Assembly (NCBI GenBank): GCA_028288775.1
Contig: JAQGHP010000048.1
Span: 1 to 43,234 of the forward strand
Length of the DNA stretch: 43,234 nucleotides
Direction of reading: 5' to 3'
From: Phycisphaerales bacterium
Lineage (GTDB): Bacteria > Planctomycetota > Phycisphaerae > Tepidisphaerales > Tepidisphaeraceae
Position 1 is the first letter of the stretch. Every line of letters starts with the position of its first letter. The notes below the pieces were generated by a model that had not been told where the DNA came from, searched no databases, and saw only the letters and a list, made by a program, of their open reading frames with translations. Both the position numbers and the translations under genes were made by a program. This document shows, piece after piece, positions 16,768 through 25,463 of this stretch.

Positions 16768-19491
16768 TCATCCCCGCGCATCTACCGGCGGCGGGGTTCC
16801 TTCCACCGGGATGGTGAAGCGGAACTTCGCCCCCCCGCCTTCGCGGTTTTCTGCGGAGATTACTCCGCCGTGCGCCTCGACGATACCCCGGCAGATCGCG
16901 AGGCCCAGGCCTATCCCGCGGCGTGCGCCGTCCACCCCATCCGGGACGGCGCGGAAGAACTTTTGAAACACGCGCTGCTCAGTACCGGTCGGAAGGCCCG
17001 GGCCGCGGTCGGAGATTTCCACCGTCACCGTCCCCTCGGCGCGCGTGCCGCGGACCTCGATCGGGCTGCCGGGCGGGGTGTATTCGACCGCGTTGTCGAG
17101 GAGGTTGGCAAGCACCTGTTCCATGGAAATTGCGTCGATGGGGACGAGCGGCAGGTCCGGCGCTATGGTCACTTTCACCTCACGCCCGCGCAGCCGTTTT
17201 TCGAGATGGTGCAACGCCGAGCCGATTACCTCCTGGAGGGGCTGCCATTCCTTCCGCACCCGCAGCCCGCCAGATTCTAGACGGGTCATATCCAGCAGAT
17301 TATTGATCAGCCGGTCCATCCGCTCGGACTCATCATAGATCGTCTCGGCAAGCTGGCGGCGAAGATCTTCGGACAGGGCCGTACCCGTCTCCACCAGCGA
17401 GCTTGCCGCCCCTTCGATCGCGGCAAGGGGCGTGCGAAGGTCGTGCGACACGCTCGAAAGCAACGTGTTGCGCATCATCTCCGCCTCCACCTGCACCCAC
17501 GCCTGCTGCGCCTCCTCGGCCAGTAAGGCCCGCTCAATGGCCAGCGCGGCCTGGCTGACGAACGCCTCGATGAGGCGCATCTGCTCGGGATCGGCAAGCC
17601 GCTGCGGCTGAGCCGGGCAGACGCCCAGCACCCCCGCCGTCCCGCGCGAGGCCGTTAGAGGAAGATAGATGGCCCGAGCGGCGGGAAGCGTCGCAGTCCC
17701 CAAGCCCGCGGCCTGGTCGTGGTCAAAGGCCCATTGCGCCACGGCCAGCTCGCGGTCGTTCATCGCGTAGTCCTCAACCTTCGCCTCGCGCGGCGTCAGG
17801 TGCGAGAGCGGGCCCGGCAGCAGAATGATGACCTGGCAGTCGAACACCTCCGCGACGTGGCGCACGGCGGCCTTGAGCAGATTTTCCTTTCCGCGGATGG
17901 CCGCCAGGTCACGGCTAAGCCGCAGCAGCGCCGCCGTCCGGCGCTCACGGTCGCGCGACGCCAGCGCCTGCTCGCGCACGCGGTCGGTCAGCGTGCTGAT
18001 TATGAGCGCCACCGCGAGCATGACGCCGAACGTGAGGAAGTAATGGAGGTCGGAAACCGCGAACGTGAACCGCGGCGGGACGAAAAAATAATCGAATGCG
18101 GCCACACTTAGCGCCGACGCCATGATCGCCGGCCCCCGGCCGAATCGCGTCGCCACGATGACCACCGCGAGCAGGTACGCCATCACGAGGTTGGTCAGGT
18201 CGATCGGGCCATGAAACGCCAGCCCGGCGCACCATGCCAGGGCGGTACACGCCGCGACAACCGCCGCCCCCGCGGCATACTGCGGCCATCGCACCGGCGT
18301 CGCTTCGGGCCGCTCCCCAGTTGGCGCGGCGGCCTCCTCGGCGAGCGCGCGAATGACGTAGATGTCGATTGCGCCGCTCCCGCGAATGATCTCTTCCACC
18401 GCCGAACCAAAGATCATTTCGCGCCAGCGGGGTCGCTCGGGCTTGCCGATCACAATCTTCGTCACATTCCTTTCCCGCGCGCAGGAAAGGACCTCCTCGC
18501 TCACGGACTGCCCGCTGAGCGTGACGGTTTCCGCGCCCAGCTGCGCCGCCAGTCGGAGCGTCTGCGTGACGCGGTCGCGGTCCGCCTGCGAAAGGCGCAA
18601 GGCGGGGCGCTCGACGTAGACGGCGACCCACGGCGCGCGGAGGCTCGCCGCCAGACGCTTGGCGGCGCGGACGAGCCGGGCCGAAAGCGGGCTGGGCGAG
18701 ACGCACACCAACAGCCGCTCTGTCGCGGCCCACGTCTCTCGGACGCGGTTCTCGCGGCGGAAGTCCTGCATCTGCGCGTCCACGCGGTCGGCAGTGCGGC
18801 GCAGGGCCAGCTCGCGCAGGGCCAGCAGGTTTCCCTTGGAAAAGAAATTCCGGCTCGCGCGCTCGGCCAACTCCGGCGCGTAAACCTTTCCTTCCTCAAT
18901 GCGTTCCAGCAGCTCGTCGGGCGCGATGTCGATCAGCTCGACGTCGTCCGCCTGCTCGAGCACGGAGTCAGGTAGCGTCTCGCGCACTTTCACGCCCGTG
19001 ATCCGCTCGACGATGTCGTTCACGCTCTCCAGGTGCTGAACGTTGAGCGTCGTGTACACGTCGATGCCGGCGCCCAGCACCTCCATCACATCCTGCCATC
19101 GCTTGGAGTGGCGCATCCCGGGCGCGTTGGTATGCGCCAATTCGTCAATGAGGAGCAAGGCCGGCCGGCGCTTGAGGGCGGCGTCGAGATCGAATTCCTT
19201 CAGGCGGACGTTCCTATAGTCCACGAACTGGTACGGCAGGATTTCCACGCCAAGCAGCAGCGCCTCGGTGTCCGTGCGCGCGTGCGGCTCGGCGTACCCC
19301 ACCACCACGTCCATTCCCTCGGCGGCGCGGGCCCGGCCTTCCTCCAGCATTGCATATGTCTTGCCGACGCCCGGCGCAGCGCCAAAGAAGACCTTGAGCT
19401 TGCCACGGACGGCCTTGCGTTCCTGTTGCTGGACCTCGGCCAACAGCTCGTCCGGGTCGGGTCGTTGGGGATCAAGGGCGCGTTGGTTCAT
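16768..19491 (-). CDS. kdpD: sensor histidine kinase KdpD
   Basis: 907 aa. N-terminal KdpD domain (KVFFGAAPGVGKTYAML), a USP-like region, four hydrophobic helices, H-box SVSHDLRTPLAAI and ATPase G-boxes (DRGPGLP, GIGLGLAICRGIVEAHGG). Confidence 0.95.
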   Translation of the reverse strand: MNQRALDPQRPDPDELLAEVQQQERKAVRGKLKVFFGAAPGVGKTYAMLEEGRARAAEGMDVVVGYAEPHARTDTEALLLGVEILPYQFVDYRNVRLKEFDLDAALKRRPALLLIDELAHTNAPGMRHSKRWQDVMEVLGAGIDVYTTLNVQHLESVNDIVERITGVKVRETLPDSVLEQADDVELIDIAPDELLERIEEGKVYAPELAERASRNFFSKGNLLALRELALRRTADRVDAQMQDFRRENRVRETWAATERLLVCVSPSPLSARLVRAAKRLAASLRAPWVAVYVERPALRLSQADRDRVTQTLRLAAQLGAETVTLSGQSVSEEVLSCARERNVTKIVIGKPERPRWREMIFGSAVEEIIRGSGAIDIYVIRALAEEAAAPTGERPEATPVRWPQYAAGAAVVAACTALAWCAGLAFHGPIDLTNLVMAYLLAVVIVATRFGRGPAIMASALSVAAFDYFFVPPRFTFAVSDLHYFLTFGVMLAVALIISTLTDRVREQALASRDRERRTAALLRLSRDLAAIRGKENLLKAAVRHVAEVFDCQVIILLPGPLSHLTPREAKVEDYAMNDRELAVAQWAFDHDQAAGLGTATLPAARAIYLPLTASRGTAGVLGVCPAQPQRLADPEQMRLIEAFVSQAALAIERALLAEEAQQAWVQVEAEMMRNTLLSSVSHDLRTPLAAIEGAASSLVETGTALSEDLRRQLAETIYDESERMDRLINNLLDMTRLESGGLRVRKEWQPLQEVIGSALHHLEKRLRGREVKVTIAPDLPLVPIDAISMEQVLANLLDNAVEYTPPGSPIEVRGTRAEGTVTVEISDRGPGLPTGTEQRVFQKFFRAVPDGVDGARRGIGLGLAICRGIVEAHGGVISAENREGGGAKFRFTIPVEGTPPPVDARG

Positions 19492-19537
19492 GAGGTGTCC
19501 TGCGGCAACTATTCTTTATTTTACGCAGCACATATGG

Positions 19538-19577
19538 AAAAAAGCCCGCGAGGGCCTGTGGCGAGTCCCTCGCGGGC
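19538..19577 (-). terminator. intrinsic terminator of the 19642-20187 gene
   Basis: On the minus strand: GCCCGCGAGGG, a 12-nt loop, CCCTCGCGGGC, followed by TTTTTT. Confidence 0.7.
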
Positions 19578-19641
19578 ACGCTGCGGAAGTGGCCTCCCGC
19601 AGGTTCGCTGTTTTCGCAATTCTCCACTCCTGCCCACCCCC

Positions 19642-20187
19642 TCAGTACGCGGGTTCGGGAAAACGGGCGATCCAGACGTCGTGCATCTCGTCGCCGAGCG
19701 CGAATGGCTCGGAGCTCTTCCCGAAAGTATACAGTTCGTAAATCCTGCGGAGGTTCTGTTGGGTGGGCTCGTAGTACTTGTCGGCCGTTGAGGCCCGGCG
19801 ATACCAGTGGCGGGCGTCCCGCCAGTCGTGACGGGCTTCTTGGAGGACTCCGCGCAAGTTCAAGTAGGCGGCGCACCGTCCGACGTCGGGCCAAATGCAG
19901 ACGCCGGCGGCGAGCGCCAGTTCGGCGGTGTCGTAGTCGGCCAGACGGATCGCGCCACAAGCGCGGAGCAACTCGGCCGCACAGTTGAGCGGCATGTCGC
20001 CTTGTTCGTCACGGGAACGGCGCGGCATGCTGAAGAGGGAACGTCCGCCCGCGGATCGGTCAGCGTAGTGCATGTGCCTGGCGAATTCCGTGGTGGAACC
20101 AGCGCCGCTGCCGCCGACCCACCTTGTTACCGTTGCGACGAACCTCCGCCAGGTGGAAGGACACGGGGTGGGATTGAAGGCGACCAT
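19642..20187 (-). CDS. hypothetical protein with a TPR-like helical C-terminal region (start uncertain; ATG 20073 is also possible)
   Basis: AAYLNLRGVLQEARHDWRDARHWYRRASTADKYYEPTQQNLRRIYELY resembles a TPR pair. A hairpin plus T-run terminator follows the gene. There is no clear RBS at any candidate start. Confidence 0.45.
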   Translation of the reverse strand: MVAFNPTPCPSTWRRFVATVTRWVGGSGAGSTTEFARHMHYADRSAGGRSLFSMPRRSRDEQGDMPLNCAAELLRACGAIRLADYDTAELALAAGVCIWPDVGRCAAYLNLRGVLQEARHDWRDARHWYRRASTADKYYEPTQQNLRRIYELYTFGKSSEPFALGDEMHDVWIARFPEPAY

Positions 20188-20495
20188 TACATTCTCCGGG
20201 GTTTCGGGCGTGCCGAACGCCGGCCCGCACGCGCGGCTCGGCTTGATGGGGAATGTTTATCACCGCCCGGATCAAGTTGCTGTCAAAAGCGGGAGGCGGG
20301 AGGTCAAGAAAGGATTAAGGCGCGATAAGTACCGAATGGGATGGGGCTTCACCGAAATCGGCGACACGAAATTCGCGACCCCCGAAGCGCGATTTCAATC
20401 CGAAGGGGTGAAATCCGAAACGGGCGGATAACGCGAGGCAGGATGAAGATGCGGACGAGATTGCCACTCATGATGCAACGAATCGGCGAATCTTT

Positions 20496-20696
20496 TCACG
20501 CGGCGTAGCGCTGCACCTGCGGGCGGTGTTGGGATTCCATGAGGATCTGCTGGATTCGCCGCTCCACTTCCATGAGGCTTTCAAACAGATTTTTTCGCAG
20601 TTCGGGGGAAACCATTCCGGGTTCGAGATATTCCCGAAGCCGCGCCCGCCGATGGTCCAATGTCTCCAGCTCGCCTTGCAGCGGTCTCACGTTCAT
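20496..20696 (-). CDS. small helical protein of unknown function (66 aa)
   Basis: GGAAGGAGA lies 7 nt before ATG 20696. MNVRPLQGELETLDHRRARLREYLEPGMVSPELRKNLFESLMEVERRIQQIL is predicted helical. Confidence 0.5.
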   Translation of the reverse strand: MNVRPLQGELETLDHRRARLREYLEPGMVSPELRKNLFESLMEVERRIQQILMESQHRPQVQRYAA

Positions 20697-20820
20697 CCTG
20701 CGTCTCCTTCCCCCGTCCGCGCTTGAAATGCCAGCCGCGTCATGCGGCATGTTATCTGGCATCGGCGATCGGGGGCGTTGCCTTAAGCGGCACGGCAAAT
20801 GGAGTTGCAGGAAGAGGGCG

Positions 20821-21351
20821 TCATCGGGCCCCGGGGCGGGCGGTTTGGGTGGATTTGGTCCGTGCGGGACGCCGGGCGACGGGCGCGCCGGGCCCGGGTT
20901 CGGGCGGCTTTTTTTCGAGTTCGATGCGCGCCATGAGCGAAAATCGCATGGCCGCGGGTGCGGCGGCGAGGGTTTTCTTCAGGTTGTCCACGTTTCCCGG
21001 ATTCGAGTAAATCGCCGACGAGGCGGGCGCTTCGGAAGGCGCTTCCTTCGATTTGGTGGCGTTTTCGACTGATGCGACAGACGACGGCCCCACGGACGGC
21101 GGCCCCATGCCGCATTCAAAGTTGGCCCGCGGCCCCGGCTCATGCCGCTCAAGCTTCTCGGGGCGATCGAGTGCAGCCAGGAAGGCGTGCATGCACGCCT
21201 CGACTTCCTCGGGCGGCCAGAGCTGCGCCGCAGTTTCATCGTTGCGAACGATCGCCATTGCCCCATCGTCGTAGCACATGAGCGTAATTCGATCGATCCC
21301 GCGGTGGCCGAAAAAGATCGGCCGGCCGGCCGGTGAATGCAGGGTATCCAT
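20821..21351 (-). CDS. hypothetical protein (176 aa): folded N-terminal ~75 aa plus a low-complexity linker
   Basis: GGGAGG lies 6 nt before ATG 21351. MDTLHSPAGRPIFFGHRGIDRITLMCYDDGAMAIVRNDE looks globular. No family recognised. Confidence 0.55.
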   Translation of the reverse strand: MDTLHSPAGRPIFFGHRGIDRITLMCYDDGAMAIVRNDETAAQLWPPEEVEACMHAFLAALDRPEKLERHEPGPRANFECGMGPPSVGPSSVASVENATKSKEAPSEAPASSAIYSNPGNVDNLKKTLAAAPAAMRFSLMARIELEKKPPEPGPGAPVARRPARTKSTQTARPGAR

Positions 21352-22149
21352 TGAAACCTCCCGTGCCCTTTTGCGTCCTGTTGCCCAGATCTGAGCCCGT
21401 CGCCCGGTTGGTAGGCGTGATAAGTACGCACATTCTAAGAGGCGGGTGCGGGCCTTGCACGGTGGTTCCGAAATTCCTGAGCCCACCGCGCTATTCCACC
21501 TCTGCGCGCGCCCGCTCGCAGAAGAGTCCCGGCACGTCCGAGTGAATGCCCAGCGCCTCGACTAACGGTTTCCACATCGCCATGACGACTGGCGAAAGCA
21601 CATTTCCCGCATCCGCCCGAGCGGCCCGCTTTGGCCTGCGAGCGCGTCGGCCACATTTACGAACACCGCCGACGCGGGGCTCCCGCCCTCCGCCTGTGTG
21701 CGGCGCAAAGCGCCTGGCAATTTGCGAGGGGAACCGGGCGTTATCGCATTGCAGTTGTGCCGCAAACGCGATCCTCGCACTCCCTGGTGATACGCGCCCT
21801 CGAAGTCGCCGCACGCGGCCCGGCGCGAATGTGCCGAAAGGACTAGATGCGGCCGAGAGCCGGCCGCGGCACGCCTTCAGGCGTTGAGTCGTCAAGGGAT
21901 TTTTCTGGAAGGATCGCGGAGAGTTTCGGTACAGATTCTTGTGCATCATGGTTTTGCTGATTTTGCGCTCCGAAAAACGCCCGGCCACCCGTATACTCCG
22001 GCAACGAGCTGGAAGTGAGGTGCCGCGAGGTGTTTGTTCGGGCGCGGCAGCGATCAGGGATTTGCCGGCAAGGCGGGCGGAGGCCCGCCACAACCCCCGG
22101 CGCGTCGTAGGGCCGTGCGGCCCGCGGGCGCGCCGCCGAGGAGTCGCAC

Positions 22150-23022
22150 ATGTGGTTCCGTGCCAATCATCCGGATGACGTGCTGACCATGCCCCGCTGG
22201 GGCCTTTTTCGCGAGCGCCAGGCCGAGGCCGTCGAGCCACGCTCGCCTTCGATTCGCACGGCTTTAATTACCGGCGCTTCGAGCGGGATCGGCTGCGAGC
22301 TGGCGAAAATTCTCGCCGCCCAGCGCCATAATCTCGTGCTCGTGGCCCGCGACCACACGCGTCTGCTGGGCCTCTCCGCCGAGCTGGAAAGCCGCCATGG
22401 CATCACCGTCACAGCAATCACCTGCGACCTCGCCTCCCCCTCCGCCCCGGCGGAATTGCTCGCCGAGCTGCGTCAGCGCTCGCTGGTCATCGACGTACTG
22501 GTGAACAATGCGGGCTTCGCGCTGGGCGGAATGTTCGCCGAGACCGAGACCGCCGAGACCGTCTCGTTGCTGCACGTCAACGTCGTCGCGTTGACGCACC
22601 TGACGCGCCTGCTGCTGCCCGGTATGGTCGCGCGGCAGAGCGGCCGCGTGCTGAACGTGGCATCGATCGCGGGTTTTTATCCGGGCCCCCTTACCGCCTG
22701 CTACAACGCCAGCAAGGCGTTCGTCATCAGCTTCTCGCTGGCCCTTTCCAATGAATTGAAAGGAACCGGCGTGACGGTCACCGCGCTGTGCCCCGGCCCG
22801 ACGAGGACGGGCTTCGCCCAGCGCGCCGGCCTGTGCGGGACCAAGGCCTTCCGTGACAACGTGATGGACGCGGCCGCCGTCGCCCACGCCGGCTACGCGG
22901 CGATGATGGCGGGCAAACCGTTGGCCGTTACCGGCCTGCGGAACAAGCTTCGGATGATCCCCATCCCGCTGGTCCCCAGCCGCGTGCTGGCGCATTTCTC
23001 GCGGAAATATCACGAGGTCTAA
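22150..23022 (+). CDS. SDR family oxidoreductase
   Basis: GAGGAG lies 7 nt before ATG 22150. TGASSGIG cofactor motif, NNAG, and catalytic S...YNASK. Confidence 0.85.
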   Translation: MWFRANHPDDVLTMPRWGLFRERQAEAVEPRSPSIRTALITGASSGIGCELAKILAAQRHNLVLVARDHTRLLGLSAELESRHGITVTAITCDLASPSAPAELLAELRQRSLVIDVLVNNAGFALGGMFAETETAETVSLLHVNVVALTHLTRLLLPGMVARQSGRVLNVASIAGFYPGPLTACYNASKAFVISFSLALSNELKGTGVTVTALCPGPTRTGFAQRAGLCGTKAFRDNVMDAAAVAHAGYAAMMAGKPLAVTGLRNKLRMIPIPLVPSRVLAHFSRKYHEV

Positions 23023-23024
23023 TT

Positions 23025-23097
23025 GGGGTCAGGGTTCAGGGTTCGGGGTTTAGGATAGCGCGGGCTTTCGCATTACCTGAACCCTGAACCCTCAACC
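23025..23097. repeat. hairpin built from GGGTTCA heptamers, just after the SDR gene
   Basis: GGGGTCAGGGTTCAGGGTTCGGGG ... CCTGAACCCTGAACCCTCAACC. A 14-bp core is perfectly complementary. Confidence 0.8.
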
Positions 23098-23182
23098 GCG
23101 CGTGCCGGGAAAGTCAGCCACCCTATCCCGCTCTGCATCGCGCCGCGCCCGTTGCATCAGCGACTGCCGCGCGGGATAATGC

Positions 23183-23689
23183 GTGGCCGTGAGTGGAGAA
23201 CTGGTCCTCAGTTACCGCACCATCCAGGTGCCGGCGGACGCCGCGACGGCCGCACGGAACCATCGCGACGCCTGCGTCGCGAGTTTCGGCGACGATTCGC
23301 GGTGCGAAGCCGACGTCCGGTACCTCTCCTGGCTCCGCGCAAAAGTCGAGGAATTCCCCGAAGGTTTCGTGCTGGCATACTTGGGCGACCGATGCGTCGG
23401 CCACCTTGAGCTGGAAGTCCCCTACGGACTGCCCACCGGTTACGTCAATCTCTACTACGTCCTTCCCGAATTCCGCCGGCAGGGTCTTGGCACGTTGATG
23501 CACCTCTACGCCGAGAAGTATTTTCGAAGCTGGGAGGCGAGCTGCATCGAGTTGCACGTCTCCCCCACGAATCGCGCCGCGATGCAGTTCTATCGCAGGC
23601 TGGGCTACCGCGCCGTGCAGTTGGAAGGCGCGGGAGCGCCTCTCTGGCGAATGAAGCGCGAATTGGATCTCGCGGTCCGAGAAAAGTAG
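23183..23689 (+). CDS. GNAT family N-acetyltransferase
   Basis: YYVLPEFRRQGLGTLMH (acetyl-CoA Q/R-x-x-G-x-G/A motif) and NRAAMQFYRRLGY. GTG start; the exact start is uncertain. Confidence 0.8.
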   Translation: MAVSGELVLSYRTIQVPADAATAARNHRDACVASFGDDSRCEADVRYLSWLRAKVEEFPEGFVLAYLGDRCVGHLELEVPYGLPTGYVNLYYVLPEFRRQGLGTLMHLYAEKYFRSWEASCIELHVSPTNRAAMQFYRRLGYRAVQLEGAGAPLWRMKRELDLAVREK

Positions 23690-23867
23690 CCCCGTCGGCC
23701 CGTTACGACCGGAAATCCCCACCCCAAGACAAATCCGCAAGAGTTTACTACGAAGATATTTTTTATTTACCTGTTACTTCGTCGAAAATATGGGGTATAC
23801 CTGTTGTGGCTGGTGCATTACGATTGCCAGCCGTGGTTGTCGCGGGTTGTGCAAGAACAAGAACTTC

Positions 23868-23895
23868 TTGACACGAAGGCAATGTTCTCTACAAT
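23868..23895 (+). promoter_or_regulatory. near-consensus sigma70-type promoter
   Basis: TTGACA (23868-23873), a 16-nt spacer, then TACAAT (23890-23895), in the most AT-rich part of the window. Confidence 0.45.
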
Positions 23896-23901
23896 TCCGC
23901 G

Positions 23902-24150
23902 TGCTTGACCGCCTAAGCCTTTCCGTCACTCGGAAGGGCGCGGAGAACCCAATACGGATTCATGATCCGTATCGCCGACCGAAGCCCTTCATCGGGTGAC
24001 GCAAGGCCGGGGCTTATCGGACGCCAGTTGGCAAGGACGCCATGGCGACTTCGAGGGAGACTTTCAACTCCTAGCCCGTCAGCTAACTCCGTAGGCATGT
24101 GAAAGGGATCAACGCTTCTTTTGGGCGTTTCGATCCTACCTTATTTCATC
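23902..24150 (+). ncRNA. candidate structured non-coding RNA: an sRNA or the riboswitch/attenuator-type leader of the 72-aa ORF
   Basis: Lies downstream of the promoter above. Stem-loops at 23918-23938, 23952-23972 and 24106-24136, the last followed by UACCUUAUUUCAU. No credible ORF. Not matched to any RNA family from memory. Confidence 0.3.
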
Positions 24151-24257
24151 TGGGTCGCCTGGGAAACCGGATCCCGTTCTGGCGTTCGTTTCTGCCATTT
24201 CGGTTTTCGTTTACCCGGGCACACATACCACGCCCTTGCGGCGTAAGGAGAATTACC

Positions 24258-24476
24258 GTGGTAGGTAATCAGGCCGAAACGCTTCGCCGGTCCATCGAAA
24301 GCCTCATCAACGCCAAGTTGCATGATGCGCTGACCCCCGGCGGGATCGATCGCCTCGCGGCCCATCGCCGGACCGGCGTGGCATCGTACGACATCCGAAT
24401 GGCCGAGCGGCGGCTGCAGGAAGCCCTCGCCGACATTCTCACCCCCGCCGAGTCTCTCACGGAACAAGAAGTCTAA
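24258..24476 (+). CDS. small protein of unknown function (72 aa)
   Basis: AAGGAG lies 7 nt before GTG 24258. Downstream sequence is VVGNQAETLRRSIESLINAKLHDALTPGGIDRLAAHRR. The track ORF from GTG 24099 adds an F/R-rich, non-coding-looking N-terminus. Confidence 0.5.
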   Translation: MVGNQAETLRRSIESLINAKLHDALTPGGIDRLAAHRRTGVASYDIRMAERRLQEALADILTPAESLTEQEV

Positions 24477-24620
24477 CCTCCCCATGTCGCATTCATGCGA
24501 TCTCGGGATGCCGGGGCTTCGGGTTTCAGCGTTGGCGAACTGATTTTGGTTGGTGCCCCCTTCCATTGGTTCCAGTTCGTCGCGGCCGTCGCCCTGCAAA
24601 TCTTTCCTCCGCCATCAAAC

Positions 24621-24648
24621 GGAGCCGCCCCCAAGCCGGGGCGGCTCC
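24621..24648 (+). terminator. GC-rich hairpin after the 72-aa ORF (weak U tract)
   Basis: GGAGCCGCCCC / GGGGCGGCTCC 11-bp stem with a 6-nt loop, followed by CGTCGTTTGCGG. Confidence 0.4.
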
Positions 24649-24704
24649 CGTCGTTTGCGGAATTATGTTTGTTCGGTGGATGTCCACGATGATAGGGTGA
24701 TCGC

Positions 24705-25286
24705 ATGCACGACAAACGGATTCGCTACGTTGCGGTTAACAGCGACTTGGGCGTATTGCTGGTTGCGGGGAGCGACGCGGGAGTTTGCGCGCTCTGGATG
24801 GCGGACGAGGAAGCCTCGCTCATCAAATCGTTGCGCCGACGTTTCCCGCTCGCCGAGCCCGCGACCGCCGCCTCCACGGATGCTCACGTTCGCCGATGGG
24901 CCCGCGTCGCGCTGGAAATTACGCAAGGCCATGGCGACGTGACGAAAGTCCCGGTGGACGTGACGGGCACGCCGTTCCAAAAGCGAGTATGGCAGGCGCT
25001 GCGAAAAATCCCGCGAGGCCAAACGCGTTCGTACGCGCAAGTGGCCGCCGACATCGGCCGCCCCACCGCCTTCCGGGCCGTCGCCGCGGCGTGCGGTGCA
25101 AATCCCGTCGGCTTGTTCATTCCCTGCCACCGCGTGATCCGCGAAGGCGGCGGTCTTGGCGGATTCGCAGCGGGGATCGAACGAAAAAAATTTCTCCTTG
25201 AACGCGAGAGAGCCCGTTCTCCCAAGATGCGCGAAAAGATTTGGACGCGGGCAGGTGAATTGAATTTATTCTCACTCGCTCGCTAG
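24705..25286 (+). CDS. ogt: methylated-DNA--protein-cysteine methyltransferase
   Basis: TPFQKRVWQALRKIPRGQTRSYAQVA and the active-site motif IPCHRVI. Confidence 0.9.
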   Translation: MHDKRIRYVAVNSDLGVLLVAGSDAGVCALWMADEEASLIKSLRRRFPLAEPATAASTDAHVRRWARVALEITQGHGDVTKVPVDVTGTPFQKRVWQALRKIPRGQTRSYAQVAADIGRPTAFRAVAAACGANPVGLFIPCHRVIREGGGLGGFAAGIERKKFLLERERARSPKMREKIWTRAGELNLFSLAR

Positions 25287-25341
25287 GGAGTAATGCGTCG
25301 CGAACCCAGGCGAGAATGCTCGGAGGATCCGATCGTTTTCC

Positions 25342-25365
25342 GTGGCACGGGCGGCCCGCCCGTGG
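25342..25365. repeat. palindromic repeat, family 2 half-site (GTGGCACGGGCGGCCCGCCCGTGG)
   Basis: Self-complementary core CACGGGCGG-C-CCGCCCGTG. The partner half-site is at 25589-25612. Confidence 0.85.
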
Positions 25366-25463
25366 CGGTACGCCGCCCCGCGTTGGAAGGTATTTCGTTA
25401 GGTTCGGCTCCGCCGAACATTTTGTGTCCGGGGAGGGGTGTTCGGCAAAAGCTGAACCAATTG

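Noticed and set aside
19518-19523. TAAAAT -10-like box about 27 nt upstream of the kdpD ATG
   Set aside because: No acceptable -35 at 16-18 nt spacing could be identified. It is too weak to report as a feature.
21491-22240. 249-aa minus-strand ORF in the large divergent gap
   Set aside because: Extremely Arg/Pro/Ala-rich, with no RBS, and overlapping the SDR start. Only short patches look protein-like and these are in different frames (reported as a possible gene remnant, not a CDS).
23790-23999. 69-aa ORF with a Cys-rich N-terminus (MGYTCCGWCITIASRGCRGLCKNKNF), which resembles a RiPP or bacteriocin precursor
   Set aside because: No RBS. The near-consensus promoter lies inside it, the C-terminal half runs through the predicted RNA stem-loops, and no modification or transport genes are nearby.
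23902-24150. Whether the candidate RNA is RNase P RNA, tmRNA, SRP RNA or 6S RNA (CCGGGGCUUAUCGG resembles the 3' P4 strand of RNase P; UAGGCAUGUGA resembles a tmRNA 3' motif)
   Set aside because: The partner conserved elements are absent and the length is wrong: there is no GGAAAGUCCGG, no T-arm/ACCA end, no tag ORF ending in alanines, and no GGAAGCAGCC SRP motif. The resemblances are short and probably fortuitous.
24099-24257. Longer 125-aa version of the small ORF starting at GTG 24099
   Set aside because: The added N-terminus (KGINASFGRFDPTLFHLGRLGNRIPFWRSFLPFRFSFTRAHIPRPCGV) is F/R-rich and lacks an RBS, whereas a canonical AAGGAG precedes the in-frame GTG at 24258.
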